From Candidatus Omnitrophota bacterium (GTDB lineage: Bacteria; Omnitrophota; Gorgyraeia; Gygaellales; Profunditerraquicolaceae), in NCBI GenBank assembly GCA_049517335.1, contig JBEKSD010000001.1:128001-192000 (forward strand): a stretch of 64,000 nucleotides of DNA, given 5' to 3'. The position numbers were made by a program, and so were the translations under genes. The notes beneath the pieces were generated by a model, which was not told the origin of the DNA, ran no database searches, and saw only the letters and a list, made by a program, of their open reading frames with translations. This document shows, piece after piece, positions 20,375-30,143 of the stretch (position 1 is its first letter; each line of letters begins with the position of its first letter).

Positions 20375-21454
20375 ATGGTAAAATCTATGCAAAGAATAAT
20401 GAAAATTCTGATATGGTTTCTGGCGTTGTTTATCCTTATTTTTATCATCGCCACCGTGATTATCGCGCTTTACGGTAAGAAAATAGTTGAAATTCAGATT
20501 GAAAAGAATTTGAAGATGGAAACGCATCTGGACAGTATGTCTTTAAATTTTCCCTTTACAGTTAATTTGAATAATTTAGAGGTGGGGAAACTTTTTAAGG
20601 CGGATAAGATTTCAATTTCTCCGAATATATTCAGTTTATTTCCCAAAAAACTGGTTTTAGGCACAGTCGTATTGGTCAGGCCGCTCGTCAGCCTCGAGCA
20701 GGCTGAGGACGGTTCTTTGAATATCCCTAAATTTGAGCAGAAGGGCGCACGGCCGCCGGTACTCATAACCGGGTTAGTTATTAAGGGGGGCAGGTTTATT
20801 TTTATTGACCACAAGGTCAGGAAAGAAGGGTTTAAAGTACTGTTAAATAATATTAATGCTAGCATTTCAAAAGTTACCTTCCCTTTAAACTCACTAAGCG
20901 TAAATTTTAGATTGTCGGTAGATATTATGGACAGTGATTACAAAATAATAGGAAGCGCTGTTTCCGGTGGTCATATTGATTTTACGCGTAAGAATATGGA
21001 TGTGAATATGAAGATTAAGGATCTGGATATAACCTATTTTTCTTCTTATTACGGGACTTTCATATCAAAGAGAAAACTCTTATCCGCGAAGCTTAATTTT
21101 AATTCCAAACTAGAGGCAGAAAATAATGATTTGAATATTAATTCCAAGCTTAGGCTTTCAAACCTTATATATGCCGAAACCGCTCAAGTAGAGGGAGAGC
21201 TGCCTGAACTTAACCTGGCAAAGGATGCGCTAGATCTTTTTACGGATGAAAACGGCAATCTAGACCTTGAATTTGAAATTAAGACAAAATTGGATAATCC
21301 GTCCTTAAGTGTGGAGCAATTGAAGAAAGTAATACTTAAAGCCGCCGCTAAGAACTTAATGAGCTCTAATCCCGTAACGCTAATTGAAAAGATACAGCAA
21401 AAACTTGACCAATATAAAGGACTCGGTGAGCAGTTCAAGAAGATATTTAGATAA
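20375..21454 (+). CDS. DUF748/AsmA-like N-terminally anchored periplasmic protein (start uncertain: 20375, 20387 or 20399)
   Basis: Single N-terminal transmembrane helix, beta-rich body, EQAEDGSLN and LFTDENGNLDLEFEIKTKLDNP. Confidence 0.7.
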   Translation: MVKSMQRIMKILIWFLALFILIFIIATVIIALYGKKIVEIQIEKNLKMETHLDSMSLNFPFTVNLNNLEVGKLFKADKISISPNIFSLFPKKLVLGTVVLVRPLVSLEQAEDGSLNIPKFEQKGARPPVLITGLVIKGGRFIFIDHKVRKEGFKVLLNNINASISKVTFPLNSLSVNFRLSVDIMDSDYKIIGSAVSGGHIDFTRKNMDVNMKIKDLDITYFSSYYGTFISKRKLLSAKLNFNSKLEAENNDLNINSKLRLSNLIYAETAQVEGELPELNLAKDALDLFTDENGNLDLEFEIKTKLDNPSLSVEQLKKVILKAAAKNLMSSNPVTLIEKIQQKLDQYKGLGEQFKKIFR

Positions 21455-21522
21455 GGAAAACTTAAAGAAAGTTTGGTTCTTAGGGTGTATTTAAGTTTAG
21501 GTATTAAAAGTAAAAATTTATT

Positions 21523-21549
21523 TTGACAAAACTGTAGTTCGTGTATAAT
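21523..21549 (+). promoter_or_regulatory. Consensus sigma70-like promoter with a 15 nt spacer
   Basis: TTGACA (21523) and TATAAT (21544). ATG lies 9 nt after the -10 box. Confidence 0.5.
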
Positions 21550-21558
21550 AAATACGAT

Positions 21559-22002
21559 ATGGCAGTCAACAGAATACTACAGATTGAACCTGAAGCGCTG
21601 AAGAAGCCGGAATCTATCAAGAAAAACGCGCGGATATTCGGTTACGAGTTATTGCTTGATCTTTATGATTGTAAGCCGGGGGTTTGCGACGACTTGGCGC
21701 TTTGCTACAGGTTTTTGGATGAATTCGTGGATTACCTGGGGATGGAGAAGCAGTCTCCCCCGAGCATATTTTTTACGGATGCCAAGCGTTTCCCGGACAA
21801 AGCAGGGCTTTCCGGCTGGGCCCCTCTGGTTGAAAGCTCCATTGTGATACATACTTTAAGCGTAACGAATTTTATTTCCATAGATGTTTATTGCTGTAAA
21901 GAATTTGATACCAGTAAAGCCAAATTATTCGTGCAAAAGTTTTTCTCGCCCAAGCGCATGGATGAGCAGTTCCTTCTGCGCGGAGTTGATTACTATAAAT
22001 AA
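21559..22002 (+). CDS. Pyruvoyl-dependent SpeD/AdoMetDC-family decarboxylase proenzyme
   Basis: GYELLLDLYDC, GLSG, LVES|SIVIHT region with the ES cleavage motif, IDVYCCKEFD. Confidence 0.85.
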   Translation: MAVNRILQIEPEALKKPESIKKNARIFGYELLLDLYDCKPGVCDDLALCYRFLDEFVDYLGMEKQSPPSIFFTDAKRFPDKAGLSGWAPLVESSIVIHTLSVTNFISIDVYCCKEFDTSKAKLFVQKFFSPKRMDEQFLLRGVDYYK

Positions 22003-22010
22003 ATCCCCAT

Positions 22011-22373
22011 ATGAAAAAAATTGATTGTAACAAATGCTCACAGATGAGCCATTGCTGCCAGACAGGTTCTTGGGCCGACCTTGAAGAAGCTAAAAAAATC
22101 CTGGAGCTGGGCCTTAAGGGGGAGTTTTATCATTTGGAAAAAGACCCTGATTTTCCTTCTGGCTATAGAATCGGCACCTGTATCGGATGCAGCCCTTGTA
22201 CATTCTTGACCCCGGACGGGCTTTGTTCCATTCATATAGTTGATTATAATTTAAAGCCCGCAATGTGCAAGGAGTTCCCCTATGAAAAGGGTAAGCTTGC
22301 GCCTTTTGTTAATGAGTTATGCATAATGCATAAGAAGGATAAGAAAAAGAAGAGTAAAAAAACTTCTAGGTAA
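22011..22373 (+). CDS. YkgJ-family (CxxCxxCC) Cys-cluster protein
   Basis: CNKC...HCC, CTFL...CSIH, KPAMCKEFP. Confidence 0.85.
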   Translation: MKKIDCNKCSQMSHCCQTGSWADLEEAKKILELGLKGEFYHLEKDPDFPSGYRIGTCIGCSPCTFLTPDGLCSIHIVDYNLKPAMCKEFPYEKGKLAPFVNELCIMHKKDKKKKSKKTSR

Positions 22374-22405
22374 TCCTTTCGTTTCTCAGTAAATATCCAT
22401 TCTTA

Positions 22406-22507
22406 AATTGTAATTGGTAAATGGTAAGCGGTAAATAGTAATTCAGGAAGTAATTACGGATGATTTAAAATTACCAATTACGAATTACCAGTTACTTTTT
22501 TACAATT
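22406..22507. repeat. Inverted array of degenerate 7-nt repeats
   Basis: Left arm aattgt-aattggt-aaatggt-aagcggt-aaatagt-aatt. Right arm aattacc-aattacg-aattacc-agttact-tttttac-aatt. Spacer of 25 nt. Confidence 0.8.
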
Positions 22508-22521
22508 ATTCAGGAGGCAGT

Positions 22522-23472
22522 ATGTTTAGAGAGAAAATAAAAGTTTTGGATTGCACTATCCGTGACGGGGGCCTGATCAATAACCATGATTTTGATTTTA
22601 AGTTTGTGAAGGCGGTTTACGCGGCACTTTCCGCAGCAGGCATAGATTATATGGAAATAGGCTATAAGAATTCCAAAAGGTTGTTTTCTCCCAAGGACTT
22701 CGGTATCTGGAAATTCTGCGACGACGAGGATATCAGGAAAGTAACGGAAGGGATAAAGTCAGGTACTAAAATATCCGTAATGGTGGACGTAGATAGGGTT
22801 GACATTGAAGACATCAAGCCGCGGAAATTAAGTCCCGTATCCATGATCAGGGTCGCTTCATACGTTAAGGATATCGATAAGGCGATATTTTTGGCAAATC
22901 ATTTTTCGGATAAGGGCTATGAAACAACGGTGAACATTATGGCTATTTCAAGGGCTTTGGACAATGAACTAAACGAATGCCTGCACCAGTTGGAAGAAGA
23001 ATGTAAAGCGCAGGTTATTTACATTGTGGATAGTTTCGGCTCGCTTTACCAGGAAACAACGGAATTCCTCATCAAAAAAGCAAAGAGTATACTTAAAAGT
23101 AAGGAAGTAGGGATGCATGCGCATAACAATCAGCAGCTTGGGTTTTCCAATACCATTGAGGCAATAATCCATGACGCTAACTATGTTGACGCGACTGTCT
23201 ATGGCTTAGGCAGGGCTGCCGGGAATTGCCCCTTGGAGTTGGTTTTAGGGTTCCTTAAGAACCCTAAGTTTGATATCCGCCCGGTTTTAGATTTGATTTC
23301 CAAAGAATTCATTCTTCTGCGTAATAAGCTTGAGTGGGGATACCTTATTCCTTATGCCATCACCGGGATGTTTGATGAACATCCCCGCGCGGCAATAGCT
23401 TTGCGCGAAAGCGAAAATAAAGAAAATTACCGCGAATTTTATGAGAGTTTAGCCGGAGGGGATGAGGAATAA
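22522..23472 (+). CDS. DRE-TIM metallolyase, 4-hydroxy-2-oxovalerate aldolase-like catalytic domain protein
   Basis: LDCTIRDGG, VDSFGS, HAHNN, GLGRAAGN. Confidence 0.85.
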   Translation: MFREKIKVLDCTIRDGGLINNHDFDFKFVKAVYAALSAAGIDYMEIGYKNSKRLFSPKDFGIWKFCDDEDIRKVTEGIKSGTKISVMVDVDRVDIEDIKPRKLSPVSMIRVASYVKDIDKAIFLANHFSDKGYETTVNIMAISRALDNELNECLHQLEEECKAQVIYIVDSFGSLYQETTEFLIKKAKSILKSKEVGMHAHNNQQLGFSNTIEAIIHDANYVDATVYGLGRAAGNCPLELVLGFLKNPKFDIRPVLDLISKEFILLRNKLEWGYLIPYAITGMFDEHPRAAIALRESENKENYREFYESLAGGDEE

Positions 23473-24102
23473 ATGAATGTAGCTGATTTTAAAAAACTGC
23501 CTATTTTAGGTATTTTACGCGGTATTGAATTACCCTCAGTTGAACCTCTCGTAGAAACCATTATTTCCAGCGGCTTAAAAACCATTGAAATTACCATGAA
23601 TACGGTTGATGCGCCGGAGTTAATCAGGAAAACAGTTAGCGTTGCAGCAGGCCGCCTGACTATCGGAGCAGGGACGGTGCTTAATTTGAAGGATTTAGAG
23701 AAGGCGCTTTCCTCCGGCGCCAGTTTTATTGTTTCGCCGGTTTTAGTGGATAGCGTTATGGAATATTGCGTAAAGAATAGAGTGCCGGTTTTCCCCGGAG
23801 CGCTTACTCCTTCGGAAATATACAAGGCTTGGCTTGCGGGCGCCACTATGGTAAAGGTCTTTCCGGCAAAGTTTTTCGGTCCTGATTATTTCAGGGAAAT
23901 TAAAGGCCCTTTTTCCGATATTGAACTTTTAGTCTGTGCCGGTGTGACTGCGCAAAATATGCACGAGTACTTATCAACCGGCGCTTCGGCTATTACTTTC
24001 GGCGCGAGCGTCTTTAAGAAGGAATGGCTGCAAAATAAGGATTACGAAAAGATAGGTGGTGCAATTAGGGAATTTGTCCGGAAATTCAAAGGGGGAAGAT
24101 GA
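23473..24102 (+). CDS. eda: KDPG/KHG aldolase family
   Basis: GILRG, EIT, IGAGTV, FIVSP, PGALTPSE, VKVFPA. Confidence 0.9.
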   Translation: MNVADFKKLPILGILRGIELPSVEPLVETIISSGLKTIEITMNTVDAPELIRKTVSVAAGRLTIGAGTVLNLKDLEKALSSGASFIVSPVLVDSVMEYCVKNRVPVFPGALTPSEIYKAWLAGATMVKVFPAKFFGPDYFREIKGPFSDIELLVCAGVTAQNMHEYLSTGASAITFGASVFKKEWLQNKDYEKIGGAIREFVRKFKGGR

Positions 24103-24108
24103 AATAAA

Positions 24109-24750
24109 ATGACTAGATCTTTGAATAATATTGAACAGAAAATGAAAGATTTGGATATTGGCTCGTTACGGTATCATATCCTGGAGAATGCCAAAAATTT
24201 TAAGGTCTCTTGGGTAGAGTTAGGCAGATCTTTATACACCGTATGGAAAGAAAAGCTTTATAAGGATTGGGGATATAGCACTCTTGACGCTTATGCGGGA
24301 AAGGAAATCGGTATCCGCAAGCAGACCGCGATGAAACTGCTTAAGTCTTATTATTTTCTGGAAAAAGAAGAGCCGCAATATTTAAAGCAGGAGTATATAC
24401 AAAACGCGCAGGCGTCACGTGTCCCGAGTTATGAATCGGTAGACCTCCTGCGTAAGGCTAAATCCAAAAAAACTCTTGATACGCAGGATTACGCGGATAT
24501 TAAAAAAGGGGTGTTTGAGAACGGCAAAGACGCGCAGGAAATCAGGAAGGACCTTACCGCGCTCATCAGGCAGAGGCAGGAACTTGAACCTGAAGAAGCC
24601 TATGAAAGAAAAAGGCTTGCTACGGTGCGCAGGTTCCTGGGGACTTTAAAGGCGCTTAAGAAAGAAGTTGAAATAGCCAAGCTCTTGCCCGGCCCCCTGA
24701 TTGAGGAGATAAATGCGTTGGTAAGTAAGCTTGAGGAAGAATTAAGGTAA
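24109..24750 (+). CDS. Hypothetical helical protein, DUF3102/ParZ(PF49)-like
   Basis: WVELGRSL...KLYKDWGYSTLDAYAGKEIGIRKQTAMKL motif and a coiled-coil C-terminus. Confidence 0.55.
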   Translation: MTRSLNNIEQKMKDLDIGSLRYHILENAKNFKVSWVELGRSLYTVWKEKLYKDWGYSTLDAYAGKEIGIRKQTAMKLLKSYYFLEKEEPQYLKQEYIQNAQASRVPSYESVDLLRKAKSKKTLDTQDYADIKKGVFENGKDAQEIRKDLTALIRQRQELEPEEAYERKRLATVRRFLGTLKALKKEVEIAKLLPGPLIEEINALVSKLEEELR

Positions 24751-24772
24751 AGGAAGGTAAAGGAAGATTATG

Positions 24773-24801
24773 TTGACTTGTGTTGCAAAGTATCGTATAA
24801 T
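24773..24801 (+). promoter_or_regulatory. rpsO-pnp promoter
   Basis: TTGACT, 17 nt spacer, TATAAT. Confidence 0.7.
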
Positions 24802-24834
24802 TATTAAATAAATTGACATAAGGAGGTGAAGGAA

Positions 24835-25104
24835 TTGGTTTTGGTAAAGGAAAAGAAATTAAAAATCATCGATGATTTTAAGACACACGCTCGGGATACC
24901 GGCTCAGCCGAGGTCCAGATCGCCATTTTAACCGAGAGAATTAACATTTTAGGTGATCATTTTAAGCTGCATAAAAAGGATCACCTTTCTCGCCGCGGGC
25001 TGCTTACTCTTGTAGGCAAGCGACGCAGACTCCTCAATTATCTCAAATCCAGGGACGTCAAGAAATACGAAGAAGTCCTGGGTAAGCTTAATTTGAGAAA
25101 GTAA
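24835..25104 (+). CDS. rpsO: 30S ribosomal protein S15 (TTG start, 89 aa)
   Basis: [30 protein letters not shown] 7 nt before the TTG gives the canonical length. Confidence 0.97.
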   Translation: MVLVKEKKLKIIDDFKTHARDTGSAEVQIAILTERINILGDHFKLHKKDHLSRRGLLTLVGKRRRLLNYLKSRDVKKYEEVLGKLNLRK

Positions 25105-25144
25105 AGCCTTTTTGAGGGTTCAATAACATAAGGAAAATTATTTT

Positions 25145-27223
25145 ATGCAAGGAAATAACCTTAAAGCTAAATTCGGCAGTAATGATTTAATCCTGGAAAC
25201 CGGCAGAATAGCCAAGCAGGCTAATGGTTCTGTTACTATTTCTTACGGCGGTACCGTAGTGCTTGTTACCGTCTGTATGTCCCGCGATATTAAGGAAGGC
25301 AGGGATTTTTTCCCTTTGACCGTTGAATATCAGGAGAAGACTTACGCAGCCGGAAGGATACCGGGCGGCTTTTTTAAAAGGGAAGGCAGGCCGTCTGAAA
25401 GCGAAATACTTACTGCCCGTTTAATAGACAGGCCGATAAGGCCTTTATTTGCCAAAGGTTTTTTAAATGAGGTTCAGATAATGGCCATCGTTTTATCCAG
25501 CGACGGGGAAAATGACCCGGATATTTTAGCTCTGATTGGAGCGTCCACGGCTTTATCCATATCCGATATACCTTTTGACGGCCCGTTGGGAGCCTGCCGC
25601 GTAGGCAGGGTGGGCAAAGAAATGATTTTGAATCCTACTTACGCTCAGCTTGAGAGTGCTGATTTGGACGTTGTCATAGCCGCCAACAAAAAAGGCGTGG
25701 TCATGCTTGAGTCGCGCGCTAGGGAAGTCTCGGAAGAAGATTATTTAGCCGCAGTCAAGTTCGGCTATGAAAATATTCAAAGCATAATTGTTTTACAGGA
25801 AGAATTTACCCGCCGCTTCGGCAAGCCTAAGGCAGAAATCCAGCTCAAAGTTCTGGACCCGCTTTTAGTCCAGAAAGTTAAAGACCTCGCCGTGACAAGG
25901 CTGAAGGCTGTTTATAAGCTGGATAAAAAGGAAGAGCGCGAGGAAGAGATATGTATTTTAGCGAAAGAACTTGAAGAGAAACTTACGCTGGAAGGATTTT
26001 CTGCGGAAGATATTAAAGCCGCGCTTCATGATGTTGAGCAGGAAGAGATCAGGAGTAAGATTCTCAGCGAGGGCGTGCGCATGGACGGTCGCGGTTTTAA
26101 GGATATCCGCCCGATAACCTGCGAAGTTTCCGTGCTTCCGCGCACCCACGGCTCAAGTTTGTTTACCCGCGGCCAGACCCAGAGTTTAGCCGTCACTACG
26201 TTAGGGACAGGGGAAGACGAACAGATGATTGAGGCGCTTGAGGGGCAGAAATACAAATCTTTTATGTTGCATTATACCTTCCCGCCTTTTAGCGTTGGAG
26301 AAACAGGACCGGTACGCGGGCCGGGAAGGCGCGAGATTGGGCACGGCGCTTTGGCAGAACGCGCCTTACTGGCGGTAATGCCGGCGAAAGATAAATTCCC
26401 TTACACGGTAAGGGTTGTTTCCGAAATCCTTGAGTCTAACGGTTCCTCAAGTATGGCTTCGGTGTGCGCAGCGACATTATCCTTAATGGACGCGGGCGTA
26501 CCCATCAAAGACGCGGTCGGCGGAGTCGCGTTGGGGCTTGTTAAAGAAGGAGAGAAGCTGCGCATATTGACCGATATCGCTGGCCTTGAAGACCATTTCG
26601 GCGATATGGATTTTAAAGTTGCCGGCACAAGGGTGGGTATTACCGCTGTGCAGCTGGATTTAAAAATTGACGGGATAAGTTTAGACCTTCTTAAAGCCTG
26701 CCTTGTGCAGTCAAAAGAAGGCAGGATGTTTATCCTAGATAAGATGAATACTGCTTTAACCGCTCCACGGCAGGAACTGTCAACTTATGCCCCGCGCATT
26801 GAGGTTCTAAAGATTAATACGGAAAAAATCGGTGGGTTAATCGGACCCGGAGGTAAAACCATTAAAGGGATTATTGCCGCGACCGGCGCCACCATTGATA
26901 TTCAGGATGACGGCACGGTTTTAGTGGGGTCTACTGACGCGGGAAAATCCGCTGAGGCCATCCGTATGATTAAAGCGATTACCGAAGATATAGAAGTGGG
27001 CCGTATTTATAACGCGAAAGTAAAGCGGATCACTAACTTTGGGGCATTCTGCGAGATTGCGTCCGGTAAAGACGGATTGGTCCATGTTTCAGAGCTTTCC
27101 GATAAGTACGTCAAGAACGTGGAAGAAGTCCTTAAGGTGGGAGACGAAATCAAGGTAAAAGTAGTCGGTATAGATGAGCTTGGCCGTATAAATTTAAGCA
27201 AGAAGCAGGCAGAAGCCGTTTAG
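25145..27223 (+). CDS. pnp: Polyribonucleotide nucleotidyltransferase
   Basis: [44 protein letters not shown], plus KH and S1 domains. Confidence 0.98.
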   Translation: MQGNNLKAKFGSNDLILETGRIAKQANGSVTISYGGTVVLVTVCMSRDIKEGRDFFPLTVEYQEKTYAAGRIPGGFFKREGRPSESEILTARLIDRPIRPLFAKGFLNEVQIMAIVLSSDGENDPDILALIGASTALSISDIPFDGPLGACRVGRVGKEMILNPTYAQLESADLDVVIAANKKGVVMLESRAREVSEEDYLAAVKFGYENIQSIIVLQEEFTRRFGKPKAEIQLKVLDPLLVQKVKDLAVTRLKAVYKLDKKEEREEEICILAKELEEKLTLEGFSAEDIKAALHDVEQEEIRSKILSEGVRMDGRGFKDIRPITCEVSVLPRTHGSSLFTRGQTQSLAVTTLGTGEDEQMIEALEGQKYKSFMLHYTFPPFSVGETGPVRGPGRREIGHGALAERALLAVMPAKDKFPYTVRVVSEILESNGSSSMASVCAATLSLMDAGVPIKDAVGGVALGLVKEGEKLRILTDIAGLEDHFGDMDFKVAGTRVGITAVQLDLKIDGISLDLLKACLVQSKEGRMFILDKMNTALTAPRQELSTYAPRIEVLKINTEKIGGLIGPGGKTIKGIIAATGATIDIQDDGTVLVGSTDAGKSAEAIRMIKAITEDIEVGRIYNAKVKRITNFGAFCEIASGKDGLVHVSELSDKYVKNVEEVLKVGDEIKVKVVGIDELGRINLSKKQAEAV

Positions 27224-27228
27224 TTAAG

Positions 27229-29424
27229 GTGAAAGAAAAGAGATTAAACGAAGTTCGCGGTGTTATCCTCATTGCCGTCGGGCTCATGGTTTTGGCAAGC
27301 CTCGTACGTTTTAGCCGTCTTGATTTGGTATTTTATACATCCCATCCCAACTCTCCGCCCCAGAATCTTTTGGGAATATTCGGGGCTTATCTGGGAGGTA
27401 CAATTATATTCCTGCTCGGGCTGCCCACAAGTTTCCTCTTGCCTGTTTTGATACTTTTATTAGGGGTTAAATATTTCCGTCAGGACGTGCCTTATTTAAG
27501 TGGAACCAGATTCCTGGGAATGTTCATACTGCTTGTTTCCATCGCTTCCCTGATTGGCATGTTTAACCTGAAGAACGAATATGTGCGTTTTTACACTTCA
27601 GGATTATTTGGTGCTTTTATTTCAAATTTTGTCACCGTCTATTTCAGCCGTTTGGGCAGTTTTATTATTTTCATTACTTTCATCATTCTCTCCTTAGCCC
27701 TTGTTACGGAAATACTTATTTCCTCCTTATTTATCAATACGATTGATAAGACTAAAGCTGTTTTAGGGGTTTTTTCCCTGTTCTTTAAAAGAGATAAGAA
27801 GGCAAAAGCAACGCAGGTTAAAATTAAACCAATAGCCGGCATTGAGAAAGAAAATCCGCTTGTTTCCGAGCCAAAAATCAGGGCTGTTCTTCCTAACCCT
27901 GCGCTACCGGCACCAAAGCTGAAGATTCAGATAAAGAAACAAGAGGCGTTTGAGCCTAAGGTAAAACAGGAGTTAAAAATCGGGGATTACCATTTGCCTT
28001 CTCTGGAGCTGCTTGATGCGCCTCCGCCCCTTGAAGAGCGCCGGATTAAAGAAGATTTGGAAGCAAACGCGAGGATTCTCGAAGAAACTCTGGAAGACTT
28101 CGGCATATCTGCTAAGGTTACCGATATTGAGCGCGGCCCGATGATTACTCGTTATGAACTGGAGCCGGCTCCTGGCGTCAAGCTTAACCGTATCGTTAAT
28201 TTAGGCGACGATATATCGCTGGCAATGAAGGCGCAGTCAGTCAGGATTATCGCGCCTATTCCCGGAAAAGCCCGGGTGGGCGTAGAAGTACCGAATACGC
28301 AAAGCAGTTTCGTTTATTTAAAAGAAGTGCTTTCTTCTGATGAATTCCGGGCTTCTAAATCAAGTATCCCTCTGGCTTTAGGTAAAGACATCACCGGTAG
28401 GCCGATAGTCGCGGACTTAGATGATATGCCCCATATTTTAATCGCGGGGACCACCGGTTCGGGTAAAACCGTTTGCGTTAACTCGTTAATACTTTCTTTG
28501 CTTTATAAATTACCGCCCAATGAATTAAAATTTGTGATGGTAGATCCAAAGATGGTTGAGCTTATGCCTTTTAACGACTTGCCCCATCTTTTATGCCCGG
28601 TCATAACCGATGCCAAAAAAGCTTCCGTTGCGCTTAATTGGGTGGTCAACGAAATGGAGGAGCGTTATCAGCTTTTGGCTAAAGTAGGCGTGCGTAACAT
28701 TGAAGCTTATAATGAGAAGGCAACAGCGGATAAGCTCCCTTATATTGTAGTCGTTATTGATGAATTTGCGGACCTGATGAGCGTGGCGCGGGACCAGATT
28801 GAAAATGCCATTACCCGCTTGGCGCAGTTATCGCGCGCCGTGGGGATTCATCTTATGCTTGCTACCCAAAGGCCTTCGGTTGACGTTATTACAGGAGTAA
28901 TCAAGGCAAATTTACCCGCGCGTATTTCCTTTAAGGTCGCTTCAAAAGTAGATTCAAGGACGGTCCTGGACATGAACGGGGCCGATAAACTCCTCGGTAA
29001 AGGCGATATGCTGTTTTTAAAGCCGGGTGAATCTAAATTAATCCGCATCCAGTGTACGCTGGTCGGGGATAAGGAAATTGAAAGGGTCACGGATTTCGTT
29101 AAAAAGCAGGCTGACCCTGTTTACGATGAGGAGATTTTGAAAGAACAGCATAAGAACGGTTCAGGAACAGGAGAGAAAGACGAGCTTTATGATGAGGCAG
29201 TAAGGGTGATTATGGAGAGTAATCAGGCTTCAGTCTCGATTTTACAAAGAAGGATGCGTCTGGGTTACACCCGGGCTGCGCGTATTATTGATATGATGGA
29301 ATTAGACGGTTTGGTCGGGCCGTTTGAGGGAAGCAAGCCACGTAGGATACTCGTGGATAGGACCCCGTGGCTTGAGAAATTAACCCAGGGGCAGCAGGTT
29401 TTAGGGCAAGGAGAAGAAACTTAG
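27229..29424 (+). CDS. ftsK: DNA translocase FtsK
   Basis: N-terminal transmembrane helices, PHILIAGTTGSGKT, DEFADLM, ATQRPSVDV, and a gamma domain. Confidence 0.97.
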   Translation: MKEKRLNEVRGVILIAVGLMVLASLVRFSRLDLVFYTSHPNSPPQNLLGIFGAYLGGTIIFLLGLPTSFLLPVLILLLGVKYFRQDVPYLSGTRFLGMFILLVSIASLIGMFNLKNEYVRFYTSGLFGAFISNFVTVYFSRLGSFIIFITFIILSLALVTEILISSLFINTIDKTKAVLGVFSLFFKRDKKAKATQVKIKPIAGIEKENPLVSEPKIRAVLPNPALPAPKLKIQIKKQEAFEPKVKQELKIGDYHLPSLELLDAPPPLEERRIKEDLEANARILEETLEDFGISAKVTDIERGPMITRYELEPAPGVKLNRIVNLGDDISLAMKAQSVRIIAPIPGKARVGVEVPNTQSSFVYLKEVLSSDEFRASKSSIPLALGKDITGRPIVADLDDMPHILIAGTTGSGKTVCVNSLILSLLYKLPPNELKFVMVDPKMVELMPFNDLPHLLCPVITDAKKASVALNWVVNEMEERYQLLAKVGVRNIEAYNEKATADKLPYIVVVIDEFADLMSVARDQIENAITRLAQLSRAVGIHLMLATQRPSVDVITGVIKANLPARISFKVASKVDSRTVLDMNGADKLLGKGDMLFLKPGESKLIRIQCTLVGDKEIERVTDFVKKQADPVYDEEILKEQHKNGSGTGEKDELYDEAVRVIMESNQASVSILQRRMRLGYTRAARIIDMMELDGLVGPFEGSKPRRILVDRTPWLEKLTQGQQVLGQGEET

Positions 29425-29426
29425 AT

Positions 29427-30143
29427 ATGAAGCAAATAGGAGAAAAGCTGAAAAAAATACGCCTTGAAAAAGGCTTAAGCCTTGAGGATGTTCAGAAGCA
29501 GACAAAAATCCACTTGAATATCCTGAAGGCAATTGAAGGGGACGGCCTGACGGACTTAAGTCCGGTATACTTAAAGGCCTTCATCAAAATTTATGCGAAA
29601 TTCCTCGGTCTTAAACCCGAGGAATTGCTCCCTGAGCATAAAGAGGAACTTCCCCGGCAGGCACCTGATTTCAAACCTTCGTCCTTAAAACTTAAGCCGG
29701 TTAAACCGGATAGAAAATTATTTAAAATATCAGTTTTTATTTTTACCGTTCTCATTGTTTTAACCGGGGTGTTTCAGCTCGGTAAATTCATTTCGTCAAG
29801 GCGTAAGCCTGCCGCTCAAGAGGTCCAAAAAAAGCAAAAATCAAAAACTGCTCCTCAAGCGTTCGTGCAGAAAGAAGCGTCAAACGGCGTAAGGCTCGTG
29901 ATTATTGCGAAAGAAAACTGCATGCTAACGCTTAGAGTTGACGGAAAAATATTTTTTCAGGGCGTATTAATCAAAGGCAGGTCAGAGAGCTGGAAAGCAA
30001 AAGAAAAGATGGAATTATCGTTAAGCAATGCCGGTGCCGTTGAATTAATTGTGAACAGCCAGCATTTTTCAAATATAGGCAAAAGAAAACAGAAATTGAG
30101 CAACATATTGATTAATAGAGAAGGTCTTCATATCGGCAGATGA
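29427..30143 (+). CDS. rodZ: RodZ-like HTH, transmembrane and DUF4115 protein
   Basis: N-terminal HTH (IGEKLKKIRLEKGLSL...YAKFLGL), transmembrane helix, SNAGAV. Located between ftsK and rimO. Confidence 0.82.
   Translation: MKQIGEKLKKIRLEKGLSLEDVQKQTKIHLNILKAIEGDGLTDLSPVYLKAFIKIYAKFLGLKPEELLPEHKEELPRQAPDFKPSSLKLKPVKPDRKLFKISVFIFTVLIVLTGVFQLGKFISSRRKPAAQEVQKKQKSKTAPQAFVQKEASNGVRLVIIAKENCMLTLRVDGKIFFQGVLIKGRSESWKAKEKMELSLSNAGAVELIVNSQHFSNIGKRKQKLSNILINREGLHIGR

Noticed and set aside
22406-22507. Heptamer array as a CRISPR remnant
   Set aside because: The units are 7 nt, degenerate and inverted, with no unique spacers and no cas genes.
24744-24766. AAGGTAAAGG tandem duplication at a gene end
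   Set aside because: Only about two copies of a purine-rich 10-mer, most likely slippage.
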